In this document: piece by piece, positions 7,241 to 17,416 of the stretch
Layout: each line of letters begins with the position of its first letter
How positions within the stretch are numbered: the first letter of the stretch is position 1
IMG/VR virus record: IMGVR_UViG_3300037313_001959
Direction: 5' to 3' (one strand)
DNA from: a virus
DNA: 64,000 nucleotides
Notes under the pieces: generated by a model
What the model saw: only the letters and a program-made list of their open reading frames with translations
What the model was told of the DNA's origin: nothing
Databases searched by the model: none
Made by a program: the position numbers and the translations under genes

Positions 7241-7834
7241 ATGCTGGATCGGATTACATATTGGATCCGTGTCAACTGCGGATGGCGTAAGGTTACTACG
7301 TCGGTTACGGAGTGGGCCAAGCTTCCCCATGTCGTTGGCGGATGCAAGGTTGTGCCAGGGCTTTTGGTTGGCCTACTTCTCGCGCCACCATCGTCGCCAC
7401 TGCCACCACTTGGTGTTGAACCATCGATAACGGGTGGCTATGAAATATTAGCGCCGCCTGCGGAAGACCCTGTTGATCCTGTAACTGGGCTCGTCGGCAG
7501 CGGGCCAGGAAATGTGCTGCCATTGGTAGGTGTGGGCAATGCGCCCTACCCTCCGCAATCGCGCGAGGTGACGAGTTTGGTCAGTGCATTCGCTACGTTC
7601 CCTGTGCTTGAGGATGATCCGGGCTCTAAGATGGTGCCTGTAAAACCAGCGATTGATACTGGCTCGGACTTTATTACCGATCCGGCAGTTGGCGACAGTG
7701 CAGATCTGCCACAACATTCAGAAACAAACTGCTGCGACGTAACGCCACAGCAGTCGGAACCGATTCCTGAACCACCTATGTTGTTGCTTTTTGCTTTCGC
7801 GGTGGTATTACTCATCTATCGTCGGCAAACTTGA
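7241..7834 (+). CDS. PEP-CTERM sorting-signal protein, Pro/Gly/Asp-rich
   Basis: C-terminus IPEPPMLLLFAFAVVLLIYRRQT = PEP motif, TM helix and basic cluster. Confidence 0.78.
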   Translation: MLDRITYWIRVNCGWRKVTTSVTEWAKLPHVVGGCKVVPGLLVGLLLAPPSSPLPPLGVEPSITGGYEILAPPAEDPVDPVTGLVGSGPGNVLPLVGVGNAPYPPQSREVTSLVSAFATFPVLEDDPGSKMVPVKPAIDTGSDFITDPAVGDSADLPQHSETNCCDVTPQQSEPIPEPPMLLLFAFAVVLLIYRRQT

Positions 7835-8467
7835 TTACTGCCTTTTCCTGCTCATTACCACAACTGTCTGCCACTTTCCATCTTTGACCATTTTTTGTTG
7901 ATTCCATACTGGCAATAACGCGTCGCGAGCAAAAAACGAACGGGGAGTTTTGCCAGCGAGAACTTCGTCCTGTTTTACGCCATCACATAGTTTAAGGCCA
8001 AATACAGGTTGTGGATCAACAGCCTCATTGCCTTTAATCATTGCAAAATAGAGGTGTGGTCCAAACGTAAGGCCAGTTAAGCCGACTTCAGCTATTTGTT
8101 CACCGGCGGCAACGTTGAGGTCAGAATGATTTTTCAATCCATCACTTATATTTTGTAGGTGGCTGTAGATGCCAACAAAGCCTTTGTGTTGGATGAGAAT
8201 TTCTTGTCCGCCCAGTTTTGTATTTTGAATCCGCATAATTGTCCCATCAGCTACCGCACGAACTGGTGATCCTTCTGGCGCTGGCAGATCGATTCCTGAG
8301 TGGAATGTGCCGGCATCGGGTCGATGTTCGATAACTCTGGGGCCGAATGGTGACGAGACACATGGCGCATTTACCGGTAGGATTATCTTTTGTTGTTGCC
8401 GTTGTTGCTTTGCGAAAGCTGGCGCCGTTAACACGGCAGCAGACAGCGCTATAGCCATAATTCGCAT
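7835..8467 (-). CDS. M23/LytM-family peptidase with signal peptide; HxH motif altered to HLY
   Basis: Signal peptide (AVLTAPAFA), SSPFGPR, HSGIDL (HxxxD), YSHL, GLTGLTFGPHLYF. Confidence 0.88.
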   Translation of the reverse strand: MRIMAIALSAAVLTAPAFAKQQRQQQKIILPVNAPCVSSPFGPRVIEHRPDAGTFHSGIDLPAPEGSPVRAVADGTIMRIQNTKLGGQEILIQHKGFVGIYSHLQNISDGLKNHSDLNVAAGEQIAEVGLTGLTFGPHLYFAMIKGNEAVDPQPVFGLKLCDGVKQDEVLAGKTPRSFFARDALLPVWNQQKMVKDGKWQTVVVMSRKRQ

Positions 8468-8589
8468 TAACTATCACCTTGTCACGTTATGGCACGAATT
8501 GTAACTTGATTCGCGCCGCTGTCAACGTGGTCGCAAGATGCTTTGTATAACGCCTTCGTTGGCGCTACTGGCTAAAAGCGCCTAAAGGT

Positions 8590-8862
8590 CTACCATTCCC
8601 ATGGAATGGGGTCAAAATCATCGCCTAGGTCAACAATCGCTTCCCTATATTCCCAATTGCCCTTAAATTTAACGCAAATTTGAGGATCGACCACTCCTGA
8701 TGGATAGGCAGATTCAACACAGGGGAGTGCCCGCACCGCACTTGCCGCTGTGGCTGAACAGCGTGATGTGCCCTTGACGTTGTGCACCGTGTCCATAAGC
8801 TTGACTATGTTTTGCGGTACAACCTTCCATGGAGGAAGAGCAGGGGTTATTAATTTTATCAT
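8590..8862 (-). CDS. Hypothetical protein
   Basis: 90-aa ORF. Confidence 0.45.
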   Translation of the reverse strand: MIKLITPALPPWKVVPQNIVKLMDTVHNVKGTSRCSATAASAVRALPCVESAYPSGVVDPQICVKFKGNWEYREAIVDLGDDFDPIPWEW

Positions 8863-8912
8863 CTTGTGTGTTTATTATATGCTTGTTGCACTGACTGCGC
8901 TAAATTTGACGC

Positions 8913-9263
8913 ATGGGATACCAGCTGTTCAATGTAAACGATCCTGACCTATTCGATTCTGTCAGCTGCCGCGTTGAGACGGAAAACTTTGACAAGATCA
9001 CTACCGAAGAATCGACCCATGATTCGCTAGAAATCTTGCGCTATTTAGTCACATATGCAGATGTGCATGTGAAGAGGTTTTCGATTTTCCATCCAACGCC
9101 GCGCGACGTGCCAAATAGGAATACCAATCCAAAGATTTATGTGACAACTCTTAGCATTGGCCCGGGTATAATAAGGATGGAAATCTACATTCCAAAAACA
9201 CTTCCTCACATAGCCGTTTATGTTAAGGTGAAATATGGCTGTGAGAATACGCTGCCTTCTTAG
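8913..9263 (+). CDS. Hypothetical protein
   Basis: 116-aa ORF. Confidence 0.45.
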   Translation: MGYQLFNVNDPDLFDSVSCRVETENFDKITTEESTHDSLEILRYLVTYADVHVKRFSIFHPTPRDVPNRNTNPKIYVTTLSIGPGIIRMEIYIPKTLPHIAVYVKVKYGCENTLPS

Positions 9264-9714
9264 CTGTAAGATACGTTTTATGCATACCGTCACTCATATC
9301 AAGTGTCACATTGGCTATATGCACGAAGTCGGCAAATATAATTTCCCTATGATCGATCGTTACAACTGGCTTTTGGTGTATGTGAGTCTCGAAGAGATAG
9401 GCCAGGCCTTTACCATGCGTCCGTGGCTGCTTGTCGACCAGCATTAACGTAGTTGGATCAAGTGTTATGCCTAACTCCTCGTGCATTTCACGAACCAACG
9501 CTTCTTCTGGAACTTCCAGAGATCGAATGCCGCCACCAGGCAACAACAACCCACGCCGATATGAATGTTGAACCAGGAGGACTGTGTCATTGTGCCAGAT
9601 AGCGACGCCCGCGCCGTTGTGGCTGTATGCCTTGGTGCTGCGCGCGAGCATTGCTAACGGATACGCGATCCGAAACGCCGTCCGGAAAGCCGCATTTACG
9701 ATATCATTAAGCAT
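9223..9714 (-). CDS. NUDIX hydrolase
   Basis: Nudix box LPGGGIRSLEVPEEALVREMHEELGI. Confidence 0.9.
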   Translation of the reverse strand: MLNDIVNAAFRTAFRIAYPLAMLARSTKAYSHNGAGVAIWHNDTVLLVQHSYRRGLLLPGGGIRSLEVPEEALVREMHEELGITLDPTTLMLVDKQPRTHGKGLAYLFETHIHQKPVVTIDHREIIFADFVHIANVTLDMSDGMHKTYLTAKKAAYSHSHISP

Positions 9715-10366
9715 GCGCTGTTATAGCGGGTACTGTCGCAATACCAAATAAGCTGTAGCATTATAAACAGACAACCGCTCGTTAATGGCGTTGTGCCTGC
9801 TAGCACGTATGCGCGTAAAATAGCCTGGTCCAACGCAGCTTGGAGCCGCTCATTTTCTTCGATATTTTTATTGTTATCAGCGATCAATGCTTTAAAAAGT
9901 GTGTCTGATGTAATCAACTCGTCGGCGTGCTCGCATAGATCAGAGGAAAACCTTAATTGCAAATGGGAAGACGATGGCGACGATGCTGTAGACGCGAGAA
10001 CGGCAGCAAAAAACAACTGCGTCCCTGCAACGCTTACGCTTGTTATTACTGATGTCGACACCGTAGTGGACAAACCATATATGCAGGCTGTGCCAATGAC
10101 GATCACCAAAATAATGCAAGTACTTAACAATCTATACGCATGCGCTTCGGTTAGCATCCGTCGCTGCATCTGCGCCTTGATTTTACGTTCAGTCTTGTCG
10201 AGTGTTATTCCTAACATTGGCCACCTGCTGCAGAAAATGAAAAGCGGGCTTGCTTCCTCCGTTAGCCACTTGTACTGTCGGCCTGTATAACACAAATTAG
10301 ACGCGGATTAAACGTGCACTGTGAACGAATGTTGACTTTGCATTAAAAAAAGGCAGCAGTTTAGAA

Positions 10367-10579
10367 ATGACGCTCGACCAATTAGCTTTAGCATTACGTG
10401 GCATGCCGCGGGACGCGCGCATCCTTATTAAACTCAATAATGGACAACTGGTAGATATCGATCACGTTACCGCTGCGTATATCGGCGACGGCAATAGGGC
10501 GCACAATGGGCCGTCGGGTGGTGGCCAGTATGGCATTATTCTCGTATCTTCACAGCTAGATGATCGAAGCGAAAAATAG
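10367..10579 (+). CDS. Hypothetical small protein
   Basis: 70-aa ORF converging on a shared hairpin. Confidence 0.45.
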   Translation: MTLDQLALALRGMPRDARILIKLNNGQLVDIDHVTAAYIGDGNRAHNGPSGGGQYGIILVSSQLDDRSEK

Positions 10580-10608
10580 GCGCCGATTGGTTAGCCGATT
10601 GATCAGAG

Positions 10609-10633
10609 AAAACCCGGGTGGATCATCACCCGG
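10609..10633 (-). terminator. Terminator-like hairpin between convergent genes
   Basis: AAAA-C-CCGGGTG-GATCAT-CACCCGG (U-tract on the minus strand). Confidence 0.55.
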
Positions 10634-10639
10634 TGTTGA

Positions 10640-12544
10640 TTATCCAAGTATCAGAACCCGTCCGTCATAGCTTGGCAGGAATATTTTGTCGCTTTGACAT
10701 GTCGGCGGATTGAACTTGTTGTGCATGTAATTGATTCCCCAATCGGTGCTGTCCCACAATTTGATGAGGTATTGCTTGTTCTGGACCCAATTTGCCCCAT
10801 AGGCCACCAGCCGACCCGCTGTAACAGTCCTGTTCGCGTCACCATACCAGGGCATCGCTGACCACAACACGGCTGTATTTGCGCCTTGCGTTGTTACTGC
10901 AAGGGACATCATGCCACCAGGCATAGAGCCAGGTGGACGCATCCCTTGGCCAGCTATCTCCTGGCCACACGCAATATAAGTTGGCGCACCGTTGGCATCG
11001 ATTGCGACAACCCTTACTGGTCCGTTTTCCCCCTGAACAAATGTGAGAAGGCCATGGTCTGGACTCTTATAGGCAACCGGCTGGCCGTGAACGTGTTTCG
11101 TGTATCCACCAATCAACCCAGGCAGTTCATTTAAGTTCGTCGGTGACAAGTTATAGCCAATACCGTTAAACGTCCAACCCCAAGGCGGATAGAGGAGGTG
11201 GGCGTAATTGCCAGCTATTCTGTCAGGTGCGAAATCGGCTAGCTGTGTTTTACCCATATTATCGGCATCGAGGATCCATAATATACCATCTTTGCCACCG
11301 CCCATTAGGATATTTCTGCTGTAGCCTGTAAAGGAACGCGGTAGGTACAGTGGTCCGCCTGAACCTAAATCTTGATCACCAATATTATGAACATTCGACG
11401 TAGCTGCAAGCGCTCCCATGTGTGTCATCATATAATTCATGGCATTATTTGGACCACCATCTGTAAGCACGGTATCCATGTCGTCCATGTCGTCCATGTC
11501 GTCCATATTATCCATGTGATGCATATCAGGCATCGTGTGTTGAATGGTATGAAACAGTGCCTGCCGCATCGCGCTACGGGCTTTTATGTCACCCTCCTGT
11601 GTTGGCAAAGTTGGATCAAGGCCAATGCGTCCAGCGTCCGAATAGGGTGACCACCATTGACTGACGTCCAAGCTTGGCGTCAGCTTGAGAAAACATTCTC
11701 CGAAGTCACCTGGTGGCGAGAAGCCGCCATTCCCTGTCATGCAATGAAGTGAGCCGTCATCGCCGACGGACAGGCCAGCACCAGCCATCCAGATGCCAGG
11801 CCCGAGATATTTGTCCCCCGTTGCCCAAGAGTCGACAATTTTTGGTGTTGACGACACATCGATGGATAGGATCCAGCCGAGGTTTAAGCTTGAGCTCTCA
11901 GCAAACGAGCCAAAAGGCACGTAGACACATTTCTTACCATTTTTGTTGACGAGGGTCAGTGACGCACGCTGCTTGCGCACGGTTGCTGAAAACTGCTTAA
12001 CAGCCCCCGATGGCGCTGTAAACGTAACATCAGCAAATGGTACAGGCGGATATGCTGGACTGCCATCTGCGAGGTTAATTGAATGAAAGAAATATGCCGA
12101 GTTCGCATATGAGCCATCGGGTGTCGCAAGACTGACGATATACCAGATTTTGGTTTCTGGATCAATTACACCAGTGCTGAGCACTCCCCAATAGGGATTG
12201 ATCCCCCACATATCTTGGGCTTTGGTAACAGTCATTGGGTTAGCAATTGGCTGTTTCCATATTAAATTAAATGGTGGATCGGCATTAAAGCCATAGATGT
12301 TGTTCGACATATCGGCCAGTATGGCGAGGTTACGTTGCACACCACTTCTTATTGTTACGCCTGGAGCAATCAAAACTTGACCCTCGGTACCTCGAGGGTC
12401 ATCCAGTATATATTGCCCTATAACCCTTACGCCATTCGACTGCACGAACGATGATGTTAATTTCAGTGCTGGATCTTCGTAACAGCCTAGGCGGTAATTG
12501 TTGTAGCTACGAGTGTATACGCCTCCCAAAAGAATATCCTCCAA
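10640..12544 (-). CDS. PQQ-type/BamB-like beta-propeller protein with a Met/His/Asp-rich insertion
   Basis: YTRSYNNYRLG, WGVLSTGVID, GIWMAGAGL, DQDLGSGGPLYLP...GGGKDG, NKFNPPT...KIFLPSYDG, patterns typical of PQQ-repeat propellers; internal MPDMHHMDNMDDMDDMDDMD. Confidence 0.6.
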   Translation of the reverse strand: MEDILLGGVYTRSYNNYRLGCYEDPALKLTSSFVQSNGVRVIGQYILDDPRGTEGQVLIAPGVTIRSGVQRNLAILADMSNNIYGFNADPPFNLIWKQPIANPMTVTKAQDMWGINPYWGVLSTGVIDPETKIWYIVSLATPDGSYANSAYFFHSINLADGSPAYPPVPFADVTFTAPSGAVKQFSATVRKQRASLTLVNKNGKKCVYVPFGSFAESSSLNLGWILSIDVSSTPKIVDSWATGDKYLGPGIWMAGAGLSVGDDGSLHCMTGNGGFSPPGDFGECFLKLTPSLDVSQWWSPYSDAGRIGLDPTLPTQEGDIKARSAMRQALFHTIQHTMPDMHHMDNMDDMDDMDDMDTVLTDGGPNNAMNYMMTHMGALAATSNVHNIGDQDLGSGGPLYLPRSFTGYSRNILMGGGKDGILWILDADNMGKTQLADFAPDRIAGNYAHLLYPPWGWTFNGIGYNLSPTNLNELPGLIGGYTKHVHGQPVAYKSPDHGLLTFVQGENGPVRVVAIDANGAPTYIACGQEIAGQGMRPPGSMPGGMMSLAVTTQGANTAVLWSAMPWYGDANRTVTAGRLVAYGANWVQNKQYLIKLWDSTDWGINYMHNKFNPPTCQSDKIFLPSYDGRVLILG

Positions 12545-12716
12545 TCACAATTGCTATTATCCCTACAATCAACGCCGGCCATGTGAAAAGTTGAATATCC
12601 ACAATTCGGTCAGCCAAAACGGCAGCCGACGCGCCAAAAACGAATGAACGCCAATTTTGTTTCGTCACTTCAGCCTACCATAGTTATAAAATGCCAAAAC
12701 CAATTTTCGCGTGCCC

Positions 12717-12956
12717 TTATAGCACTTCCTCGATGGTCAACCTAGCTTGTGTGGTGATCTCATTGTTGAGGTATCGGTAATTATGATATTGTGCTCGCAA
12801 AAACTCGAAATAGTTTGCTTCAAATGCGTTCAGGCGCCTTTTGATATCGTCATCACCCAATAACAGCATCCGACGCTTTTTCTTAAAGGACAGCAGATCC
12901 CGCCTTGCCTTATTTAAAAGTTGGCGATTTTGTGAGATTGGCATGTAGAGATCCAT
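12717..12956 (-). CDS. Hypothetical protein
   Basis: 79-aa ORF. Confidence 0.45.
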   Translation of the reverse strand: MDLYMPISQNRQLLNKARRDLLSFKKKRRMLLLGDDDIKRRLNAFEANYFEFLRAQYHNYRYLNNEITTQARLTIEEVL

Positions 12957-12998
12957 ATATGATGTGCTGAATGTTTTCGTTACCAGCTTAACTGGTAA

Positions 12999-13355
12999 TT
13001 AATCTTTCCGATCAACAATGAAGACGCCATCTTGTTCGTAAACATATAACATCCCATTATATTCATCTGACTGTATAAGACCTTGTTCTTCGGCATATGC
13101 TACCATCGTTAGCGCTTGCATCCGCTGTACAGGATCCAACTCATCCTTGTGTTTGCCAACCCATGCGAAATACTCGTTTATGTCACATGCATCCTTTTTG
13201 GAGTCGGTTGCGGCTATCTGAACTACCAGCTCGTCTATTTTTTCCACCGCCCGGTTAAGGCTGTCCTCGTCATAGCCGATGAATTCAATTCCAAATCCAT
13301 CCTCATAGTTGTCCCGCCATAACGCTTTTATTGCGATGCACCGTTTTCCAGACAT
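12999..13355 (-). CDS. Hypothetical acidic protein
   Basis: 118-aa ORF. Confidence 0.55.
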   Translation of the reverse strand: MSGKRCIAIKALWRDNYEDGFGIEFIGYDEDSLNRAVEKIDELVVQIAATDSKKDACDINEYFAWVGKHKDELDPVQRMQALTMVAYAEEQGLIQSDEYNGMLYVYEQDGVFIVDRKD

Positions 13356-13604
13356 TTATAACTCCCGTAAAACGCGTAGATTACATTATTTTTGTGAAGA
13401 CCACTAGCCGTTGGCCATTTTCTTTATCTCCCGTTGTCTTTGGTTAACAATTGCACGCAATGGCAATTACTTGCTGAGCTTTCGTTGCGCAAGCACGCCA
13501 TTGCAACCTCCTTGCATGCGAGGCCAGCTACAAACCTGCCGCTTGCAACTGCCACAATGGACACGCAGAGGAAAACAATTAAAAAGATCAATTTTTCTTG
13601 CACG

Positions 13605-13829
13605 TCACTTACTAGTTACATTTGGATTGCGCCGAATACACGCTATGAAGCCTAGATAATCTGCTACGATGACGCCGTCATTCTTTAAACACTGTTGAAG
13701 TATGTATTTTGCCTCCTCAAGCCTCGCTGTGCGACTGAGGCTTGTGACGGCGATTGTAACCACAACATAGGCAATGAGGATGCCTATCACAGCCCAAATA
13801 AACCGGTTGAGGTTATGGTAATCTTGCAT
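13605..13829 (-). CDS. Small membrane protein
   Basis: One TM segment; CTAAATA just upstream (13836-13842). Confidence 0.55.
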   Translation of the reverse strand: MQDYHNLNRFIWAVIGILIAYVVVTIAVTSLSRTARLEEAKYILQQCLKNDGVIVADYLGFIACIRRNPNVTSK

Positions 13830-14151
13830 ACTGAATATTTAGTGCTGCCGACTGCTAAATTGCGTTGGTGCTAATCGCCATGCATGTCAAAATATAACCA
13901 ATTACAACGGTATTCAAGCGCTATGTTCTGAACGTGCGGTGGCAATTGCCGAGAATAAAAGTTGTGTTAGCGTTATACAGCGTCACTAAAACCAGTTTGG
14001 CACTAGCGCTATCATAATAAGGCGCTTATATTGTATGCGCAGTTAGCTTCAAAGCTGGGCTACCGTTTCACTATTTGCGAACAGCAATTTATAACTACTC
14101 TACCTAAAGGTTAGTTTTGCTGCAGATAGTGTTAGCTAGAGAGTAATCACA

Positions 14152-14481
14152 ATGACCATGACGTTTCGTCCTCTCAGTAAAATCTACCAAGCGACGAGCA
14201 TTTGTGGATGTTACAGAAGGTGGGACCATGCCTACTATGCTGCTATGGTTGGCGAACTTGACGCACATCTTATCCATGTTGCTACAACTTGCCACAAAAG
14301 GCCAGTGCTCAACTGGTTTGCTGAGCGTCAATTACAGACGATAAACCTGCTTTTACCACGAACCCGAGCGATACCTCAGAATCATAATGGCAAGGTTTAT
14401 TATGCCTTCTATACAGCCTATCCAAGTGATTTCTGGTTTACATCTAAGCCATTGGCTGTCGAGTTCAAATTGAGGTTTTGA
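14152..14481 (+). CDS. Small FKL-motif family protein
   Basis: Ends FWFTSKPLAVEFKLRF. Confidence 0.6.
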   Translation: MTMTFRPLSKIYQATSICGCYRRWDHAYYAAMVGELDAHLIHVATTCHKRPVLNWFAERQLQTINLLLPRTRAIPQNHNGKVYYAFYTAYPSDFWFTSKPLAVEFKLRF

Positions 14482-14517
14482 TCGCGAAAAACCTCCGTTG
14501 GCACGGAGGTTTTTCTT

Positions 14518-14856
14518 TCAGTGCAAAGGTTCTATCCGTGTTAGGCGCCAGCCACTCTTTTCTGCAGCTTTTAGTGCTCTCGCCAAGACGCCTATTCGCA
14601 CTGCATTACCAAGTGGTGTTGCCGTTTTGCCAAGGGCTGGATCAAGCATGGCGTTCGCCATAACAGTCCAGAGCTCGTCGGGTATTGGTTCTGGCGTAAT
14701 GATTACCGGAATAGCGTCGTTGCTGTTGCCGTCTGCCACTGCTATAACTTCCTTTTCTTCGGTCACTGATCTACGCGCGGTTTGCAGTCTCAACCCGGTT
14801 ATGAAATCATTAATACATAGGCTGCGCGACATGTGTCTCCTAACATGATGCCTCAT
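14518..14856 (-). CDS. Hypothetical protein
   Basis: 112-aa ORF. Confidence 0.4.
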   Translation of the reverse strand: MRHHVRRHMSRSLCINDFITGLRLQTARRSVTEEKEVIAVADGNSNDAIPVIITPEPIPDELWTVMANAMLDPALGKTATPLGNAVRIGVLARALKAAEKSGWRLTRIEPLH

Positions 14857-14945
14857 GAATGTGTAATACAGTGTGATTGCGATTCAGTTACTTAGCAGCT
14901 GACAAACCTTGTATGCGACCCGCGCTAGGGGTGCAGTGACTGCTA

Positions 14946-15347
14946 CTACATGCTCAGCTTGAATAAGATTGCGTCGGAGCTTGCGGCAAAAAATACGCTG
15001 TTGGCTTTATCAATATATTTGCCCGCAGCACTGTTTGGAAAAACAATGTAAGTGCCGACTTTAAAATTGTCCTTAAGGTAGTTAACGACATACTCGCAAT
15101 ACGCCAGCATAGCCTCGTTCGCGGCGCCATCATACAATTCCTCAACGAGTGGCAGGTGAACTTCATACGGAAAGTTGGCAATCTGGCGCTCGAATTCCAA
15201 CTCGCACTCCGCCACTGTCTCCCGCCATAGGCGTAAAAATTCTTCTGGCATCGATCTTAGGTCCAACTTTGCTGCTATCTCCCGTCCATGAATACGATTT
15301 ACATGGTTCAGCACAATATAGGTTAACCGCTTATTGCTGCTGTCCAT
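14946..15347 (-). CDS. Small FKL-motif family protein
   Basis: Ends VFFAASSDAILFKLSM; probable ATG 15347. Confidence 0.62.
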   Translation of the reverse strand: MDSSNKRLTYIVLNHVNRIHGREIAAKLDLRSMPEEFLRLWRETVAECELEFERQIANFPYEVHLPLVEELYDGAANEAMLAYCEYVVNYLKDNFKVGTYIVFPNSAAGKYIDKANSVFFAASSDAILFKLSM

Positions 15348-15991
15348 CCATTCTTTGTCCTTCGTGGTTTTTGAAATACCTTCACACATTTGTCCAATAT
15401 TAATACAGCACCGTTGAGCTTAAGCAAACCATCATCAGTATAGGTAACGATGACAAATGCATTTTCGACCTCGGGATGGCTGTTGCCAAATTGGTCGTAG
15501 TCGAAATATAATGCACTGGTTGGATACATTTGGTTGGCGTTGGTCGGATCTACAACAGCGTCGATATTTTTAAAATGGTCGTTCCACGTCCTATAAATCC
15601 ATTGTCGCCACTCCTTTTGGGAACATTGCCATAGATCGGTCATCATCAATTGGTAACTTTGGAAAATCACACGAAATCGTTCTCCATTAATAGTCACTGA
15701 CCCAAATGGGCGTTGGTCAAAATGGCCAGGCTCTTGCAATTTTACTTGTAGCTTGGCGCGGACTTGTTTCTGGTTGAAACGCCTAAGTTTGGTGCTAGGG
15801 ATTGGTATGTATTTTTCGGGCTGATCCTCCTTGTGGTAGCGGTCGAGCTCATCGCGCAATTCCGCTTGAAACGCTGGATCAAAATGCTTTTCAAGAACCT
15901 GGACAGAAAGACCTTGTGTATGATTCCAAGTGGCTTTCCTATGCTGAAGGACTAGCCTTTGTTCTTCAAAGTCATCGAGTGGGTCGTTCAT
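15323..15991 (-). CDS. Hypothetical protein
   Basis: 222-aa ORF. Confidence 0.6.
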   Translation of the reverse strand: MNDPLDDFEEQRLVLQHRKATWNHTQGLSVQVLEKHFDPAFQAELRDELDRYHKEDQPEKYIPIPSTKLRRFNQKQVRAKLQVKLQEPGHFDQRPFGSVTINGERFRVIFQSYQLMMTDLWQCSQKEWRQWIYRTWNDHFKNIDAVVDPTNANQMYPTSALYFDYDQFGNSHPEVENAFVIVTYTDDGLLKLNGAVLILDKCVKVFQKPRRTKNGWTAAISG

Positions 15992-16039
15992 ACTGTTATC
16001 TATGCTGACCGCCTGTTCGCTGTCAAACTTAACAAACGC

Positions 16040-16357
16040 TTATGTCCTAAGGTTTCGCACCCGCAAATTGTCACCAACAAAGCTTTTGAGGACCGCCTCG
16101 AGCAGCGCTTCATTCACAGAGCCATATACGTAAAGGACTTGTGTGCCAGCACTTGCAATTGTAATACGGTACCGGCTGTTCTCATTCGCTAAGGTGATAA
16201 GTGGAGAAGCGCCGCCCCCTCCCCTCTGGCTCATCGGACCAGGATAGGAGATGATGCCGCTTGCTAAGAGCCGTGAGTATACATCTGCTGCCATATCCGT
16301 TAGGGATATATGGCGGGTTTTCTTGCCCCTGCGATTGCCTTTTGCGCGACATGACAT
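16040..16357 (-). CDS. Hypothetical protein
   Basis: 105-aa ORF. Confidence 0.45.
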   Translation of the reverse strand: MSCRAKGNRRGKKTRHISLTDMAADVYSRLLASGIISYPGPMSQRGGGGASPLITLANENSRYRITIASAGTQVLYVYGSVNEALLEAVLKSFVGDNLRVRNLRT

Positions 16358-16409
16358 AATAAAATTACAATAACACGTTTTAACTCTGGGTCAACCAGTC
16401 CACGCAGGT

Positions 16410-16856
16410 TTGCCAAAATTAGTTCTTGCTGCTGATAACCTGTATGCTAATTTACTACGGCCGGTAACGGAGGACTGGATGAGTGTAGAACAAATCAATA
16501 GCACAGTTTGTCGGCTGAATCTGCGGTATGCGGCACAAGCGATCCAAAAAGGTGACGTGCATAATGCATGCATTTTTATGGCCGCTGCGTTTGACCACGC
16601 GTTTAAAGTAATTAGACCGGCTAAAATCGATATAGCGCGTCTAGATGATAACCTCCGATCTCACTTAAATGAACTCAACGACAAGATTACCCTCGTGTCA
16701 TATGGCATAAACATAACCGATTATGACCAATTTCGGCGAACCGTCCAAAAACCTTTTGACGAATCGAAAACACAACAAGGCCACTTACAACACGCGTTCC
16801 TTTTTGTCGTATCGGCTATTATTGCTATCGAGACCAAATTCGACCTCAACACCTAG
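16410..16856 (+). CDS. Hypothetical helical protein
   Basis: 148-aa ORF followed by a 12-bp hairpin. Confidence 0.55.
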   Translation: MPKLVLAADNLYANLLRPVTEDWMSVEQINSTVCRLNLRYAAQAIQKGDVHNACIFMAAAFDHAFKVIRPAKIDIARLDDNLRSHLNELNDKITLVSYGINITDYDQFRRTVQKPFDESKTQQGHLQHAFLFVVSAIIAIETKFDLNT

Positions 16857-16895
16857 CAGCTTCTACCCTAAAGTATAGGCGCCAATTAGTCGAGG

Positions 16896-16930
16896 CATAG
16901 CGGTTGGCGGTGATGATACCAACCGCTATG
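16896..16930. terminator. 12-bp hairpin between convergent genes
   Basis: CATAGCGGTTGG-N11-CCAACCGCTATG. Confidence 0.55.
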
Positions 16931-17416
16931 TTGCTAGAAATATGGATGCCTTAGTAATAAAACTCGCCACTGTAGCCCACGATTAGATGATCATCTATGT
17001 CTGCATCTTCACTGTTTTCAGGATCTGTTGGTTTATCGGCAAGTGGCTTTTTGTTTAACTCTGCCTGTCGCTTGGCAATATATGCGTAATCCTCAATGAT
17101 ATATGGCATAGTTACCTTTCACTCACAAAAATGGCACGTATGAATCAAAATACTGTTGGCGTAACCTGTGCAGGGATTTGGCGTATCGATACATTTCGTT
17201 ACCAAATGATGCCATCGTATTTAAAATAGTTGTCGATGCAGATACCATTTGTGCCATCATTTTAACCGCAATATCGGTTTCGTTCTCAACAAAGCGAGAC
17301 CAGTCGTTTAGTGGTTTAAAATTATCCATTGTTACTCCTATATTGTGCACTGCAACATTATTTAGCTAAAAAAAGACCCGGAACATTCCGGGAGTTTTTA
17401 TATCTGTCTAACGCTT

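Noticed and set aside
16292-16316. Another hairpin-like ATCC-N-GGGAT copy
   Set aside because: Isolated, imperfect and inside a coding region; consistent with chance.
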